Under the pieces are notes generated by a model, which was not told the origin of the DNA, did not search any database, and was given only the letters and a program-made list of their open reading frames with translations. From positions 173,610 through 237,609 of IMG/VR virus record IMGVR_UViG_3300045972_000138: DNA of 64,000 bases; one strand, given 5' to 3'. Shown here piece after piece: positions 39,136 through 49,854 of the stretch. The position numbers were made by a program, and so were the translations under genes. Position 1 is the first letter of the stretch; each line of letters opens with the position of its first letter.

Positions 39136-39570
39136 ATGCGTGGCACCCGTAAGATACTTGCTGCGCTAGTGTTAGCGGCAGCAATGCCCGCATATGCCCT
39201 TATCACCACAGGGGAAATACTAGCAGCAGCCTCTTGCAACAGCATCGCAGACAATGCATACTTCGCGAGGGAGTTCGAAGCAGCATTTGGTAAGCCTGTA
39301 CGCAATGAGCAGGGTGCGCTGTGGTATAAGGCAAGCGGGGAGGCATATGGCACACAGATCCGCGAAGTCTTTGTGTCTAACGTGAGTTCTCGCTTGTTCG
39401 TAGGTGTGGTTCTCACAGGTAAGCCCGAGGCTGTAGTTGCCAGTGTCCCTACCTCCCAACTCTATCCAACTAATGTATTCCCAACCAACAATCACTGGAT
39501 AGGAACTGATGGCCGCAGCATTATGTGGCACGATGGCAAATATACGAAAATGTTTTGTACACCAAAGTAG
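39136..39570 (+). CDS. putative secreted protein
   Basis: Signal peptide MRGTRKILAALVLAAAMPAYA. Confidence 0.65.
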   Translation: MRGTRKILAALVLAAAMPAYALITTGEILAAASCNSIADNAYFAREFEAAFGKPVRNEQGALWYKASGEAYGTQIREVFVSNVSSRLFVGVVLTGKPEAVVASVPTSQLYPTNVFPTNNHWIGTDGRSIMWHDGKYTKMFCTPK

Positions 39571-40454
39571 GATTTGGTGTTATAATTGCTTATCGCAACA
39601 AGGAGCAGCAAATGAAAAAGTTCTTTAAGTACACAGCAGAACACATTGGTCGTGAACGTGCAACCAAGTTTGTTAAGCTGCTGGAATCGGAAGACGTGGA
39701 TGTGATGCACGCAATGATGGACCCGGTCTTCGAAAACCAGTTCGTGTTGTTCGTGCAATGCACCGATGCTGAAGCGAAGGTTATCAAGAATCGTGTGTGG
39801 GAACTGAACAACGGTGCCTACAACGAGATGTTGGTCGTGGATGCAGACGAGATGGAGGAGTATCTGTAATGGCTAAGCTAAACGAAACGCAAGTAAACAA
39901 AGCATACGGGAAGCTGGAAACAGCTATGCTTGCACTGCAAGAGGAAGTGGTGGACTTCAAGCGTGCTTTCCCCATTGAGTCCAGTAAGCTGGCTCTCGAC
40001 GACGCTATGAGATCAGCGATGGGCGCACTCGAGGATGTGGACAGTGACATCACATCGCATTTTGCAACTCGTTAAGGATATCAAATGACTATCGTACGCA
40101 AAGGTGTTCGTGGAACTTGGGAAGCCGAAGACAGCATTGATCTTGTAGCACTGCGGGTGCTTAAGATCCACACGCATAAGGTAAGCACCGGGCAGCTTGT
40201 TACTACTGCCACAGTGCTTACAAAGGACAATGGTTTCCTATCGCATATGGTGTATCACGACTTCTCGCAACGTGTGATCGTGAGCAAAGATCGCTGCACC
40301 GAGGGCAATGTTACTGCACAGCACGCAGCGGCAATGGCCGGGATTAACCAGATCCACAGTGCCATCACTGCACACTATGTGAAGAAAGATGAAGTGGTGA
40401 CTGCCTAACAGGAATTTTAGTGTTATAATGTACACATCAACAAAGGAGTACACT

Positions 40455-40757
40455 ATGCAAAACACTAAACCCAAGGGCGTATGTCCCTGCTGCAATGGTT
40501 CGGGTCGTATGCCTGTACCAGAGTCATCGCAACGTTGGAAGACTGTCTGTGCCGGGTATGATGCTGCCACAGACACCTTCACTTGTCATAACTGCGGCGG
40601 CCAGTATATGTATGGTCAGGCAAAAGGGGAAGTTAGCCTCAACAAAGACGGCGAACCCTGCACACACGCCTACGAGGGCATTAACGCAGGTCGTTGCTGG
40701 ACCAAGTACACTTGCAAGCACTGCGGCGACAAGTATGACGTCGATTCTTCGGATTAA
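40455..40757 (+). CDS. zinc-finger protein
   Basis: CPCCNGSG, CHNCGG and CKHC; AGGAG SD. Confidence 0.7.
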   Translation: MQNTKPKGVCPCCNGSGRMPVPESSQRWKTVCAGYDAATDTFTCHNCGGQYMYGQAKGEVSLNKDGEPCTHAYEGINAGRCWTKYTCKHCGDKYDVDSSD

Positions 40758-41025
40758 AAGGAGCACACTATGTTGATCACTCGCATTAGCCCATTTACCG
40801 GTAAGGTCAACTCTATGGAGTTGAATGTTACCTCGGAACAAATGAATGAGTTGGATTCCCCCGACCGTCGTTTGATCCAAGAGATCTTCCCTACGCTTGC
40901 CGTACACGAACGGGAATTCATTAAGACTGGATACACCCAGGAAGATTGGGACCAAATGTTTGCGGGAATGGAAGATTAATCCCAGACCTGTGTTATAATG
41001 TTTTTACTTTAACAAAGGAAGTGAA

Positions 41026-41334
41026 ATGAAAATTGCAACTACACTCCAGTTCCGTAAAGCTGTTCGCAAGTACGCGGAGAAGAAGGGACTGCTTATTGGC
41101 GAGTCCTGGACAAACAAGACTACAGCTGATGGCGAATTCGACGGGCACCGCACTGTTGGCTTCTGGATTGGGCACGCTACCGAAAAGGTTGCTGCAAAGA
41201 TCGAGAAGAAGCTCAACAAGAAAGGGCTTACTGCCAAGACACGTTTTACAGATGCAGACAGCCGCATGCCTTCGGGTAGCAGCTTTCGCAGCTGGTCCGG
41301 TACTTACATCCGCGGTACCTGCGTGCTTCCTTAA
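41026..41334 (+). CDS. hypothetical basic protein
   Basis: Own TATAAT promoter and AAGGA. Confidence 0.7.
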   Translation: MKIATTLQFRKAVRKYAEKKGLLIGESWTNKTTADGEFDGHRTVGFWIGHATEKVAAKIEKKLNKKGLTAKTRFTDADSRMPSGSSFRSWSGTYIRGTCVLP

Positions 41335-41340
41335 GGAGCT

Positions 41341-41670
41341 ATGATGCGCCCTGTAATTGTGGCGGCCCTCGTGGCGGCCCTTACAGGGTGTGCCGTCCCT
41401 GTACCGAGGTTTGAGACGGCAGTAGGGTTAGTGCAGTGGCACAAAGTGAAAGACTTACAGGATATGCGCGTCATTTGCGATGATGTGCGATTCAAAATGC
41501 CGGGAATCACATACGGCTGCTATAAGATGGATAGCGAGAACAAGGTGTGCCACATCTACGCAATGGATAACGAACGATACTTCGGTACACTTGGGCACGA
41601 ACTCAAGCATTGTTTTGATGGCAGGTTCCACGATCAATTTGGAAATAGTGCGTATCCAATCGACAAATAG
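41341..41670 (+). CDS. small HExxH (zincin-like) lipoprotein
   Basis: LTGC lipobox; CHIYA...LGHELKHCFDGRFH; paralog of 57566..57895. Confidence 0.7.
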   Translation: MMRPVIVAALVAALTGCAVPVPRFETAVGLVQWHKVKDLQDMRVICDDVRFKMPGITYGCYKMDSENKVCHIYAMDNERYFGTLGHELKHCFDGRFHDQFGNSAYPIDK

Positions 41671-41710
41671 GATGTATAATACATACATCGCAACACACTA
41701 GGAGAAGCAG

Positions 41711-42121
41711 ATGGCTTATATGTCCCAAGAGAAGAAGGCACAGCTTGCACCCGCAATCAAGGCAGTGCTGAAGAAGTATGGTATGAAGGGCACTATCGGT
41801 GTTCGCAACCATAGCTCGCTTGTGTGCAATGTTACATCCGGCCCGTTGGATGTGATTGGCAATATGTTTGAACTGGCAAAGAGCAAGCCGGGCACGCATT
41901 ACAACCGCAACCCTGTGAAGCCTACGCACATTCAAGTGAACCCTCACTGGATCAGCGAGCACTACACGGGCAAGGTGTGCGAGTTCGTGCAAGATCTCAG
42001 AGACGCAATGGATGTTGGCAATCACGATCGCAGCGATATCCAGACAGACTATTTTGATGTGGGCTGGTACATTGATATCAACATCGGTCAGTGGAATAAG
42101 CCGTTTCAACTTACCGCCTAA
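41711..42121 (+). CDS. hypothetical protein (large-polyvalent-protein-domain-like, DYF motif)
   Basis: DRSDIQTDYFDVGWYIDINIG. Confidence 0.55.
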   Translation: MAYMSQEKKAQLAPAIKAVLKKYGMKGTIGVRNHSSLVCNVTSGPLDVIGNMFELAKSKPGTHYNRNPVKPTHIQVNPHWISEHYTGKVCEFVQDLRDAMDVGNHDRSDIQTDYFDVGWYIDINIGQWNKPFQLTA

Positions 42122-42195
42122 AGATCAAACAACCATCGACCAAAGTAGCATTTGGTCGTATAATTAATACTTCAGCAACACACTAGGAACACTTA

Positions 42196-43323
42196 ATGTC
42201 CCAAATCCAAGTTAGTATCGTTCGTGGCGTCTATCGTGGGGAAGTTATCAGCGGAGTCTACCCGCTGGTTAAAGCTTACCAGGATGGTGCACGCGGTGGA
42301 TTCGTTACGATCAAGAACCCTGATCACAAGCCTGGCACCCCGATGGTGCAACGTGTGCAAGTGGAAGCCGATGGGTTCAAGCTGTTGGATGCAGCAGGTG
42401 CTGAACTTGAAGCACACATTGTGATTGAAGCAGGTGGTTCCACCGCAGTCACTGACTTCGAGTCTGCCTTTGCTGCGAACGAGAGCGAAGATGAAGCAAT
42501 GGAACGCATTGCAAACACCTTCTTGATGCTGGACAAGATCACTGATGCAGCAGCACGCGGCATTGTACGTGGACTCGTTGTTAGCGGCCCTCCTGGCATT
42601 GGCAAGAGCTTTGGTGTTGAAAAGCAACTCGAAGCCGCCAACATGTTCCGCAAGATGGATGGCAAAGACCCCAAGTACGAAGTTATCAGCGGTGGCGTAA
42701 GCAGCATTGGGCTCTATCAGAAGCTGTACCACAATCGCAGCCCTGAGAACGTGTTGGTGTTCGACGATTGCGATGGCGTACTGGAAGACAGCGAAATGCT
42801 CAACCTGCTTAAGGCAGCGTTGAACAGCGGCGACAAGCGTCGTATTTGCTGGAACAAGGAAAGTCGCGTGCTGTTGACGGATGACATTCCGAATGCATTC
42901 GACTTTGAGGGCTCTGTGTTGTTCTTGAGCAACAAAGACTTCGATAAAGAGATCGAGCGTGGAAGCCGCATCGCTGTACACTTGTCTGCGATTATGTCCC
43001 GCTGCCATTACTTGGATCTGGAGATTGGATCCACACGCGATAAGCTTTTGCGTATCAAACAAGTGGTGCGTGACGGTATGCTTACTAGTTTCGAGTTCAC
43101 ACAAGAACAAGAAGACGATATCGTGGCATTCGTTATCGACAACGCCGAGTACTTGCGTGAGATCAGCTTGCGTATGGTAAAGAAAGTTGCTGACTGGATG
43201 AAAGCTGATCCAGAAGGTTGGTACGAAATGGCCGAGTCCACTTGCTTGACCAAAGAAGCATACTTTAAACGTATGCTTGCAAAACAACAAAAGGCTATTC
43301 ATACGCCCTTGTTGACAGCGTAG
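42196..43323 (+). CDS. P-loop AAA-type ATPase
   Basis: Walker A VSGPPGIGKS, Walker B VLVFDDCD, SRCH sensor/Arg finger. Confidence 0.85.
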   Translation: MSQIQVSIVRGVYRGEVISGVYPLVKAYQDGARGGFVTIKNPDHKPGTPMVQRVQVEADGFKLLDAAGAELEAHIVIEAGGSTAVTDFESAFAANESEDEAMERIANTFLMLDKITDAAARGIVRGLVVSGPPGIGKSFGVEKQLEAANMFRKMDGKDPKYEVISGGVSSIGLYQKLYHNRSPENVLVFDDCDGVLEDSEMLNLLKAALNSGDKRRICWNKESRVLLTDDIPNAFDFEGSVLFLSNKDFDKEIERGSRIAVHLSAIMSRCHYLDLEIGSTRDKLLRIKQVVRDGMLTSFEFTQEQEDDIVAFVIDNAEYLREISLRMVKKVADWMKADPEGWYEMAESTCLTKEAYFKRMLAKQQKAIHTPLLTA

Positions 43324-43427
43324 TACTAAATAGACTGGGTATCACAAAATGCCCAGTTTGTTTTGTTTGATTTGACATTTGGTTAAATCAGTACTATAAT
43401 TCAAACACTTAAACAAAGGAGTCAGAA

Positions 43428-44861
43428 ATGATTAAACTATTATCAGTTCTAGCTGTTGCTACCGCGCTCACAGCGTGCGGTGGTGGCAGTGGTGGTCTCG
43501 ACGTTGCAGGTGCAAACCCTGCAACAACCGAAGCCACGATGTCGCCAATGGCGGCAATTACAAGTGCCAGTGCAGCAATGCAAGCATCTGTCACAACCGC
43601 AGGTGGGTTATCTAGCTTCGGTCAAAGTCCAGCAGCAGTTCGTACTCGTTACGGATTTGACGCACTTACTACCCCAGCCCAACAGGGTTCGGGCCAAACT
43701 ATCGTGATCATTAGTGCTTACGATAATCCTACAGCGGGTGCTGACTTAGCAGCATTCTCAGCAGCAAAAGGTATCGCAGGATGCCCTACTGTTGCAACGA
43801 CATTCGTTACACCAACGAACAGCTATCCTCAGGCAGTTGTACCAAAGCCAGTGATTGGCGATGGATGCACCTTCCAGAAGTTCAATGCAAACCCTAACGG
43901 TTTGGGTGCAAACCCAACTGCTATCCAGTACGATACGTCTGGTATGTGGATTGCAGAGAGCAACATGGATATCCAGTGGGCACACGCAATGGCTCCAATG
44001 GCAAAGATTGTATTGGTACAAGGGTCCAACAACTTCATCAGCTCACTTAGTGGTGCGGTTGCAGTTGCTAACCAATTTGCCGACGTAATCTCTATGTCGT
44101 GGGGTGGATACGAAAGCGCATTGAACCAAACCACAGCGTGTACGACAAACGAAATGGTGTTCATCCCAGGATGTACATTGTTTACGAAGACTCAGTACTC
44201 GTTGTTTGGTGCACCAAACACAACATACGGCACAGCAGGTGGATACGACACGAAAATGTTCTCCAATCCTAATGTGACATATGTTGCGGCATCGGGCGAT
44301 GCAGGATCTAAACCACTTTGGCCATCAGTGTCAACAAAGGTACTCGCAGTTGGTGGAACAAACAGCAGCGGTGCAACTGATACAGGTTGGACAGGCAGTG
44401 GTGGCGGTGTTTCTACATACTACACACGCCCAAGCTGGCAAACTGTTTCGGGTAATGCTCAACGCACTACACCCGACGTAGCAATGCCAGCAGACAGCGC
44501 AACCCCAATGAGTGTATACGTTAGCCCGCAAAAGGGTATGCCAGATACTGCTTGCGTAACAGCAAAAGGTGCGGCAGCTTGTGGCTGGTATGCAGGTTAC
44601 GGTACAAGTGTTAGCGCACCTATGTGGGCAGGACTTGCAGCGGTTACCAAAGCAGTTCGTACACAAAATGGAAAGCCAGTAGTAGACTTCATTGCATCAC
44701 TATACAACGTGGCGGCAGTACAAGGCAACTATGTTACAGCATTTGGGGACGTTACAACAGGAACAAACGGATTATACTCGTCGAAGGCCGGATATGATTT
44801 GGTTACAGGACTTGGTGTACCTAAAGCGAATGCACTAGTTGGAATGTTAGCAGCTCAATAA
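43428..44861 (+). CDS. S53 (sedolisin/kumamolisin) serine peptidase lipoprotein
   Basis: LTACGGGSG lipobox; E-x3-D (AESNMDIQW), AASGDAG, PDVA, GTSVSAPMWAG and YDLVTGLG. Confidence 0.88.
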   Translation: MIKLLSVLAVATALTACGGGSGGLDVAGANPATTEATMSPMAAITSASAAMQASVTTAGGLSSFGQSPAAVRTRYGFDALTTPAQQGSGQTIVIISAYDNPTAGADLAAFSAAKGIAGCPTVATTFVTPTNSYPQAVVPKPVIGDGCTFQKFNANPNGLGANPTAIQYDTSGMWIAESNMDIQWAHAMAPMAKIVLVQGSNNFISSLSGAVAVANQFADVISMSWGGYESALNQTTACTTNEMVFIPGCTLFTKTQYSLFGAPNTTYGTAGGYDTKMFSNPNVTYVAASGDAGSKPLWPSVSTKVLAVGGTNSSGATDTGWTGSGGGVSTYYTRPSWQTVSGNAQRTTPDVAMPADSATPMSVYVSPQKGMPDTACVTAKGAAACGWYAGYGTSVSAPMWAGLAAVTKAVRTQNGKPVVDFIASLYNVAAVQGNYVTAFGDVTTGTNGLYSSKAGYDLVTGLGVPKANALVGMLAAQ

Positions 44862-44880
44862 CTAAGATGAGCTTTAGGAG

Positions 44881-44902
44881 GCCCCGCAAGGGGCTTTCTT
44901 TT
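44881..44902 (+). terminator. intrinsic terminator
   Basis: GCCCC-GCAA-GGGGC followed by TTTCTTTT. Confidence 0.85.
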
Positions 44903-44981
44903 GGGCTATTCGTTTTTGAATACCTTGACACTCTAAATCTGATATGTTATACTTAGATCATAACTTATTAAGGAGCCACAG

Positions 44982-45227
44982 ATGGCATTCACAACTCTCA
45001 CCACAACCCAGAAGACATTCTTGGAATCTCACCTTCGTGGCACCGGCAAAGCATTGAGCTCTGCCCAGGCTCGCGAGACTTATGGCATTATGAACTTACG
45101 TGCTCGCATCTCTGAAATGCGTAGCGCAGGGCTTAATGTTCGCAAGGTTGTTAATACAAACGGTCGCAATGCATACACTATCGCTCGCCGCGATGTTGCA
45201 GGCGTACAAGGCAAGATCTTCGCATAA
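44982..45227 (+). CDS. helix-turn-helix protein
   Basis: LSSAQARETYGIMNLRARISEMRSAG. Confidence 0.7.
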   Translation: MAFTTLTTTQKTFLESHLRGTGKALSSAQARETYGIMNLRARISEMRSAGLNVRKVVNTNGRNAYTIARRDVAGVQGKIFA

Positions 45228-45252
45228 GCATTAGTCCTTTGTGTGTAAAGAA

Positions 45253-45631
45253 GCCACCTTAGGGTGGTTTTCTTTTGGTTGGATAAACAGGTTGCCCATT
45301 CATATCATATGTTGTATTATACATGTATTAACTACTTAAGGACTTGTATGAAAAATCTCTCTATTATCATTGCTTCGATGGTACTAGCATCAGCAGCGTT
45401 TGCAGCAGATTCTACCGCTACACAAACAATTGTGTTGGCAAAAGGGCTGACACTTACCTGCTCGAACGTCTCGTCTGTTTACGGTGTGGCCAATGGCGAT
45501 ACAACCGAGGCTCCTGCGGCAAAAGGTTCGCTGACTGTCAATTACAACGGCCGCCTCTATTTCTGCTCTACGGCTACGAAATAACCGATCTGCACATCCG
45601 CAAACCACCTTAGGGTGGTTTTCTTTTGGTT
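45253..45631 (+). repeat. duplicated terminator CCACCTTAGGGTGGTTTTCTTTTGGTT flanking 45348..45584
   Basis: Identical copies at about 45254-45280 and 45605-45631. Confidence 0.75.
45348..45584 (+). CDS. small secreted protein
   Basis: Signal peptide MKNLSIIIASMVLASAAFA; two Cys. Confidence 0.7.
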   Translation: MKNLSIIIASMVLASAAFAADSTATQTIVLAKGLTLTCSNVSSVYGVANGDTTEAPAAKGSLTVNYNGRLYFCSTATK

Positions 45632-45745
45632 AAAATATCTTTAAAAATCCGTAGACCTACAACTCTTCCTGCAGTATAATCAATACATGGGCAGCAGATA
45701 TAGCGGTCCAGAGTTAGTTTACTTTAATCAACTTTAGGAGTCTAT

Positions 45746-46204
45746 ATGACAAAAGGTATCCGCGCATTCGTTAACGACACGTTCAACAACACACTGTCCA
45801 AGCTGGGCGAACTGGGCAACATTGCCTTCCGTGCAGAAGTGATGAACCAGGCTATCATGGCCTTTGGTATCAACGTTGCATCCGCTGCAACGCATTACAA
45901 CCACAGCCTGAAGATGGCGCGTGCTGCAAACCCCGAAGCTGTTGCTACGCTGGGTCGTCCGGAAGACAAGAAGGGCGGACGCAAGCCCACGCTGGTGGAT
46001 GTGGTTAAGGCCAAGTCCGGCGAAGTGGTTGCAACTGGCGTCACCAAAGCTGCCGCTGAAGCAATGATTGCCAAAGCTGTTGCTGCCAAGAAGACCAAAC
46101 TGTCCATCAAGGTGGTGATCAACACCCCGGCCGAAGCTCCTGCAACCCCTGTGGAAGCTGCACTTGAATCCGGTGCACTGCACGCAGAAGCTGCATTGGC
46201 ATAA
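45746..46204 (+). CDS. ASAATHYN family putative DNA-binding protein
   Basis: MTKGIRAFVN...FRAEV...ASAATHYN...LGRPEDKKGGRKP. Confidence 0.75.
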   Translation: MTKGIRAFVNDTFNNTLSKLGELGNIAFRAEVMNQAIMAFGINVASAATHYNHSLKMARAANPEAVATLGRPEDKKGGRKPTLVDVVKAKSGEVVATGVTKAAAEAMIAKAVAAKKTKLSIKVVINTPAEAPATPVEAALESGALHAEAALA

Positions 46205-46634
46205 GCAGGGCCCGCAAGGGCCTTGTTTGCAGAGTGTTATAATGTAGCACTCTCCAAACAAGAAGGAGTTATCATGCCAGACTTTGATGATGTAGCCCTT
46301 GAAGATGCAATGTGTGCTGGATGTCAACCCGACAACGAATGGGAAGACGAAGATGATCAATGGGAAGACGATCTCACTATTGATTCCGGCGATCCTCTTG
46401 ACATCGAGTACGATCGTTAATTTTCCAAGATGGATTATTATTCCTAAGTAGGAATTTAAAATCCGAAACTTGGCCTGTCCTTTACACGTAACACGCATAT
46501 GACACTTACTACCCTCATCCTGCTCATTGCAGCGTGCGTCTTATTTTCAGAGGACCACCCTATACTTGGCATTTTGATGTTGTTCATCATCTTCCGATAG
46601 TATATAATATAAACATCAACAACAGGAGTTTACT

Positions 46635-47063
46635 ATGCTAATGAACGACGCACACACAGATTGGGACGTAGCTGACAACGATACACGTCCTGCCATTGCT
46701 ACACTGCACACAGGTGGCGGCGGATACTGGAGTAACATCAAACGTGATGTACACATTACTGAACTCACTGTTCCGTACATTAACGAAGAAGGCGACTTTG
46801 GTGAACTGCGTGTACATTTCAACACAGACAGCTGGCGCGTTGACAAAGTTGGATTGATATACACTGACAAGCAGTTTATGATAGAACTGCAAGCGTGGTT
46901 GTTGTCTATGGGACTTGCTGGATTAGATGTTGAATACAGCGAGCAAGGTATGCAGGGCGACAACTATGTTTCGTGCGATGTTGAAGCAGAATTCCTGAAA
47001 ACCTGGAAAGTAGCACATCCGGAAGCCTACAAGGCCGCATACGACAACATTTGGGCAGACTAA
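46635..47063 (+). CDS. hypothetical protein
   Basis: Own promoter cassette; YSEQGMQGDNYVS motif. Confidence 0.75.
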   Translation: MLMNDAHTDWDVADNDTRPAIATLHTGGGGYWSNIKRDVHITELTVPYINEEGDFGELRVHFNTDSWRVDKVGLIYTDKQFMIELQAWLLSMGLAGLDVEYSEQGMQGDNYVSCDVEAEFLKTWKVAHPEAYKAAYDNIWAD

Positions 47064-47231
47064 GCGACAGCGAGGAAGGGGCTTAGGCCCTTTTCGTTTG
47101 GTCATTTGAACCTCGGTGGCATAGATCAAGGCGCCGGTCGGACTAGAGCGAGGTTGCATAAAGATCAAACAAAACGGTTGCACACCAATCAATTCCTGTT
47201 ATAATAAACACATCGCAACAAGGAGCACATT

Positions 47232-47546
47232 ATGCTACTTCAACTCACTCCGTTCCCCATCAAGATGTTTGCACACAATCCAGAATCCAAGATGCTCGTT
47301 GTTGAATTGAGCGACTTTGGTTTGCCTGTTGGTATGTTGCCCTTTGGTCAGCTCTACGATGATGCGTGCGACGAAGGCTTTGCAATATATAACCATCGTA
47401 CTGGCAGCACAACCTTTTGGCACACTGCTGCCGATGTGCGCGATGCAGACGGCGACCTGACTACATGGATCCTGCAACCCACAACCGAGTCCTGCCGCAA
47501 GCATCCGGGCGTGCAGAACTACACGATGCACATACTCAACGACTAG
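47232..47546 (+). CDS. hypothetical protein
   Basis: Own promoter cassette; YDDACDEG motif. Confidence 0.7.
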   Translation: MLLQLTPFPIKMFAHNPESKMLVVELSDFGLPVGMLPFGQLYDDACDEGFAIYNHRTGSTTFWHTAADVRDADGDLTTWILQPTTESCRKHPGVQNYTMHILND

Positions 47547-48073
47547 GAGCACACCATGTTCGACATTATCCTTATTCGCTGGGGCTGGTACAAGTATCGC
47601 AAGGAGTTGGGTTATCCCATCGGCCTGCGTCGTGCTATGTTCTCGCAGATGCCACGATTCGGATCTTTTTACGAAGGCGAGGCGGGTTGCCCGGCATCTG
47701 ACAAACGTGATTACGTGTTAGTTCGCAAATACGAAACGGAGAATCCATAATGGCTTATCATCTTACTGGTCACGGAGCCTACAAGAAGGCAATTCAACGC
47801 AGCCTGCTACCTGTCGAGGGTGGATTGCATTATACGGCAAGCACAGACATCACCTCGGAGGACGCACTCGGATCGCCGGTCAACATACAGCGAGGCACAG
47901 GTTACAAGATAACTGGTACCAAAGACGGCAACGGCTACGTGGTGACCATCCTCGATGGATCCAAAGCAACCTATTACTTAGAGGCAGAAGAAGGTTGTAA
48001 ACTTTGCTAAAGTGGTTGCACAAACGGTTTCTGGTGTTATAATAAACACATCAGCAACACAATAGGAACTTAA

Positions 48074-48940
48074 ATGCCTACTCCACAACAGCAAATTATC
48101 GACAAGTGCAAGGAAGTGTACGAAACGGCTACACTCCTGTACGGTGTTGATATGTCCCGTGTAACCATTCACTTTGATCTTAAAGGTCACAATGCTGGAA
48201 TGGCATGCCGCCGCGGTGCCCAATACTACATGCGCTTCAACCGCGACATGCTTACACGTGATGCATTCGATCATGTGCTCAACAACACTGTGCCGCACGA
48301 AATTGCACACATTGTCTGCTTCATGAAACCCCAATATGGTCGCAATCACGACAGCGGCTGGGAGCGTGTTTGCCGTGCATTGGGCGGAACGGGCGCTCGC
48401 GCACATACCGAGGAAGTAGTGTATGGAAAAGGCACTACATATGAATATGTCACAAGCACTGGAAAGACTGTACGTGTTGGTGATCGTCATCACAAAGTTA
48501 TCCAAGCTGGCCGTTCACTTACTTGGAAACGTGGTTTGGGCACTGTTACAAACGCATGCCAATACAGCATTGTTGGTGTCCAAGGGCGCACACTTGCAAA
48601 CCCGCGTACTATTGTACCAACTGTACCTGCAGCCACTCCGGCATATGTTCCGGCATACCCATTTGGGGTTATTGGAACACAACTGCAACCAAAGGTACCG
48701 CACACAGTGGAAGTACCGAAACGTACACCACGCACTGTTGCCCCAACTGCCCCACACTTCCGCGAAGGTGCAAGCAAAGCAGCTATATCGCGTTCCATTA
48801 TGCTTGCAGGGCATACACGCGGTCAAACATATGAGCAAATCATTAGCGCAATGATGCTCGCGAATGGATATGATCGCCAACTTGCCCGTGCAACATACAA
48901 AGCAAACTTTGAAAAGGTTGGAGTGCCTGCTCCACAGTGA
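48074..48940 (+). CDS. SprT-like zinc metalloprotease
   Basis: FDLKGHNAG, TVPHEIAH and HDSGW. Confidence 0.85.
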   Translation: MPTPQQQIIDKCKEVYETATLLYGVDMSRVTIHFDLKGHNAGMACRRGAQYYMRFNRDMLTRDAFDHVLNNTVPHEIAHIVCFMKPQYGRNHDSGWERVCRALGGTGARAHTEEVVYGKGTTYEYVTSTGKTVRVGDRHHKVIQAGRSLTWKRGLGTVTNACQYSIVGVQGRTLANPRTIVPTVPAATPAYVPAYPFGVIGTQLQPKVPHTVEVPKRTPRTVAPTAPHFREGASKAAISRSIMLAGHTRGQTYEQIISAMMLANGYDRQLARATYKANFEKVGVPAPQ

Positions 48941-48952
48941 TAAATATGGGAT

Positions 48953-49486
48953 ATGAACTTAACTGAAATATCCCTACCCTCAACACAATACCTTACAGAA
49001 GCCTTCCGTAGCAATACAGAGGGCTTCTCTCTTGACGATCTTCTACTCATAGCACACACCTTCTTGTCTGAGGCAAAGAACAATAAGTCTCGCTCTGTGC
49101 CCATCGGCACCTTGAACAACGCTACCGAGGGCGTAGTCTTTGTAGAAGCATCCTGCTATGCATCTATGACTGCCCCTAAGATACAGCACTTGCCTAAGCT
49201 ACAAGCTAAAGTAGATGAGTTTAAAGCTAGTAAAAAGGCGAACAAAATGCAGCCATACGGTCCTAACGACAATGCGTTTGTGGGCGGTGGTCCTATCTCG
49301 AATATGATGCCGGGATTACGCCACGCGCACGTAACAAGGGACCTAAGCATTGTGTATGCCCTCTCGGGTGCCAATCCAACTGTCATTACATTGTACGGTA
49401 TCTTTAGCCACGCAGAGACAGGTACTGGAACACCGGGCAAACCCGATAGGCAGAAGAGTTTCGCAAAGTTTATAAAGAACCAATAA
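48953..49486 (+). CDS. RelE/YafQ-like RNase domain protein
   Basis: C-terminal GLRHAHVTRDLSIVY...LYGIFSHAE resembles YafQ; ATAAATA box at 48940. Confidence 0.5.
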   Translation: MNLTEISLPSTQYLTEAFRSNTEGFSLDDLLLIAHTFLSEAKNNKSRSVPIGTLNNATEGVVFVEASCYASMTAPKIQHLPKLQAKVDEFKASKKANKMQPYGPNDNAFVGGGPISNMMPGLRHAHVTRDLSIVYALSGANPTVITLYGIFSHAETGTGTPGKPDRQKSFAKFIKNQ

Positions 49487-49545
49487 ATCGGTTTACTTGC
49501 TTCGTGTTGATGCTATAATTAAAACATCAACAACAGGAGCTCTTA

Positions 49546-49854
49546 ATGCAAGCAAAGAAAGCAACACCACAACATTTTTCACTTAACACTGTAGCAGGCC
49601 GCGTTGCTTTGCTTACAGGCATTGTGGAGGGGGTTGTACTGCAAAAAGAAATTATGCACGCAGTAATTCAAGACACTGAAAAGCGCCCGTACCGCAAGCC
49701 TGTCGTTGCATACGGCAAACGTTACCCGAGTGTTACAGCAGCAGCATTGGCCAATTCGGGTGCAGTGGGGCGCAAAGCAGTAAACGCAATGCAGAAGAAC
49801 ATTGCACGCTGGTGCAACGAAGACTGCCACGTGGGCTTCTACTGGTCCGAATAA
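49546..49854 (+). CDS. hypothetical protein (NUMOD1-like segment)
   Basis: YGKRYPSVTAAA. Confidence 0.6.
   Translation: MQAKKATPQHFSLNTVAGRVALLTGIVEGVVLQKEIMHAVIQDTEKRPYRKPVVAYGKRYPSVTAAALANSGAVGRKAVNAMQKNIARWCNEDCHVGFYWSE

Noticed and set aside
8500-44861. Alternative genetic code (stop-codon recoding)
   Set aside because: Ligase, ATPase, S53 and other long genes are intact in code 11 and end at TAA, TGA or TAG with tight coupling.
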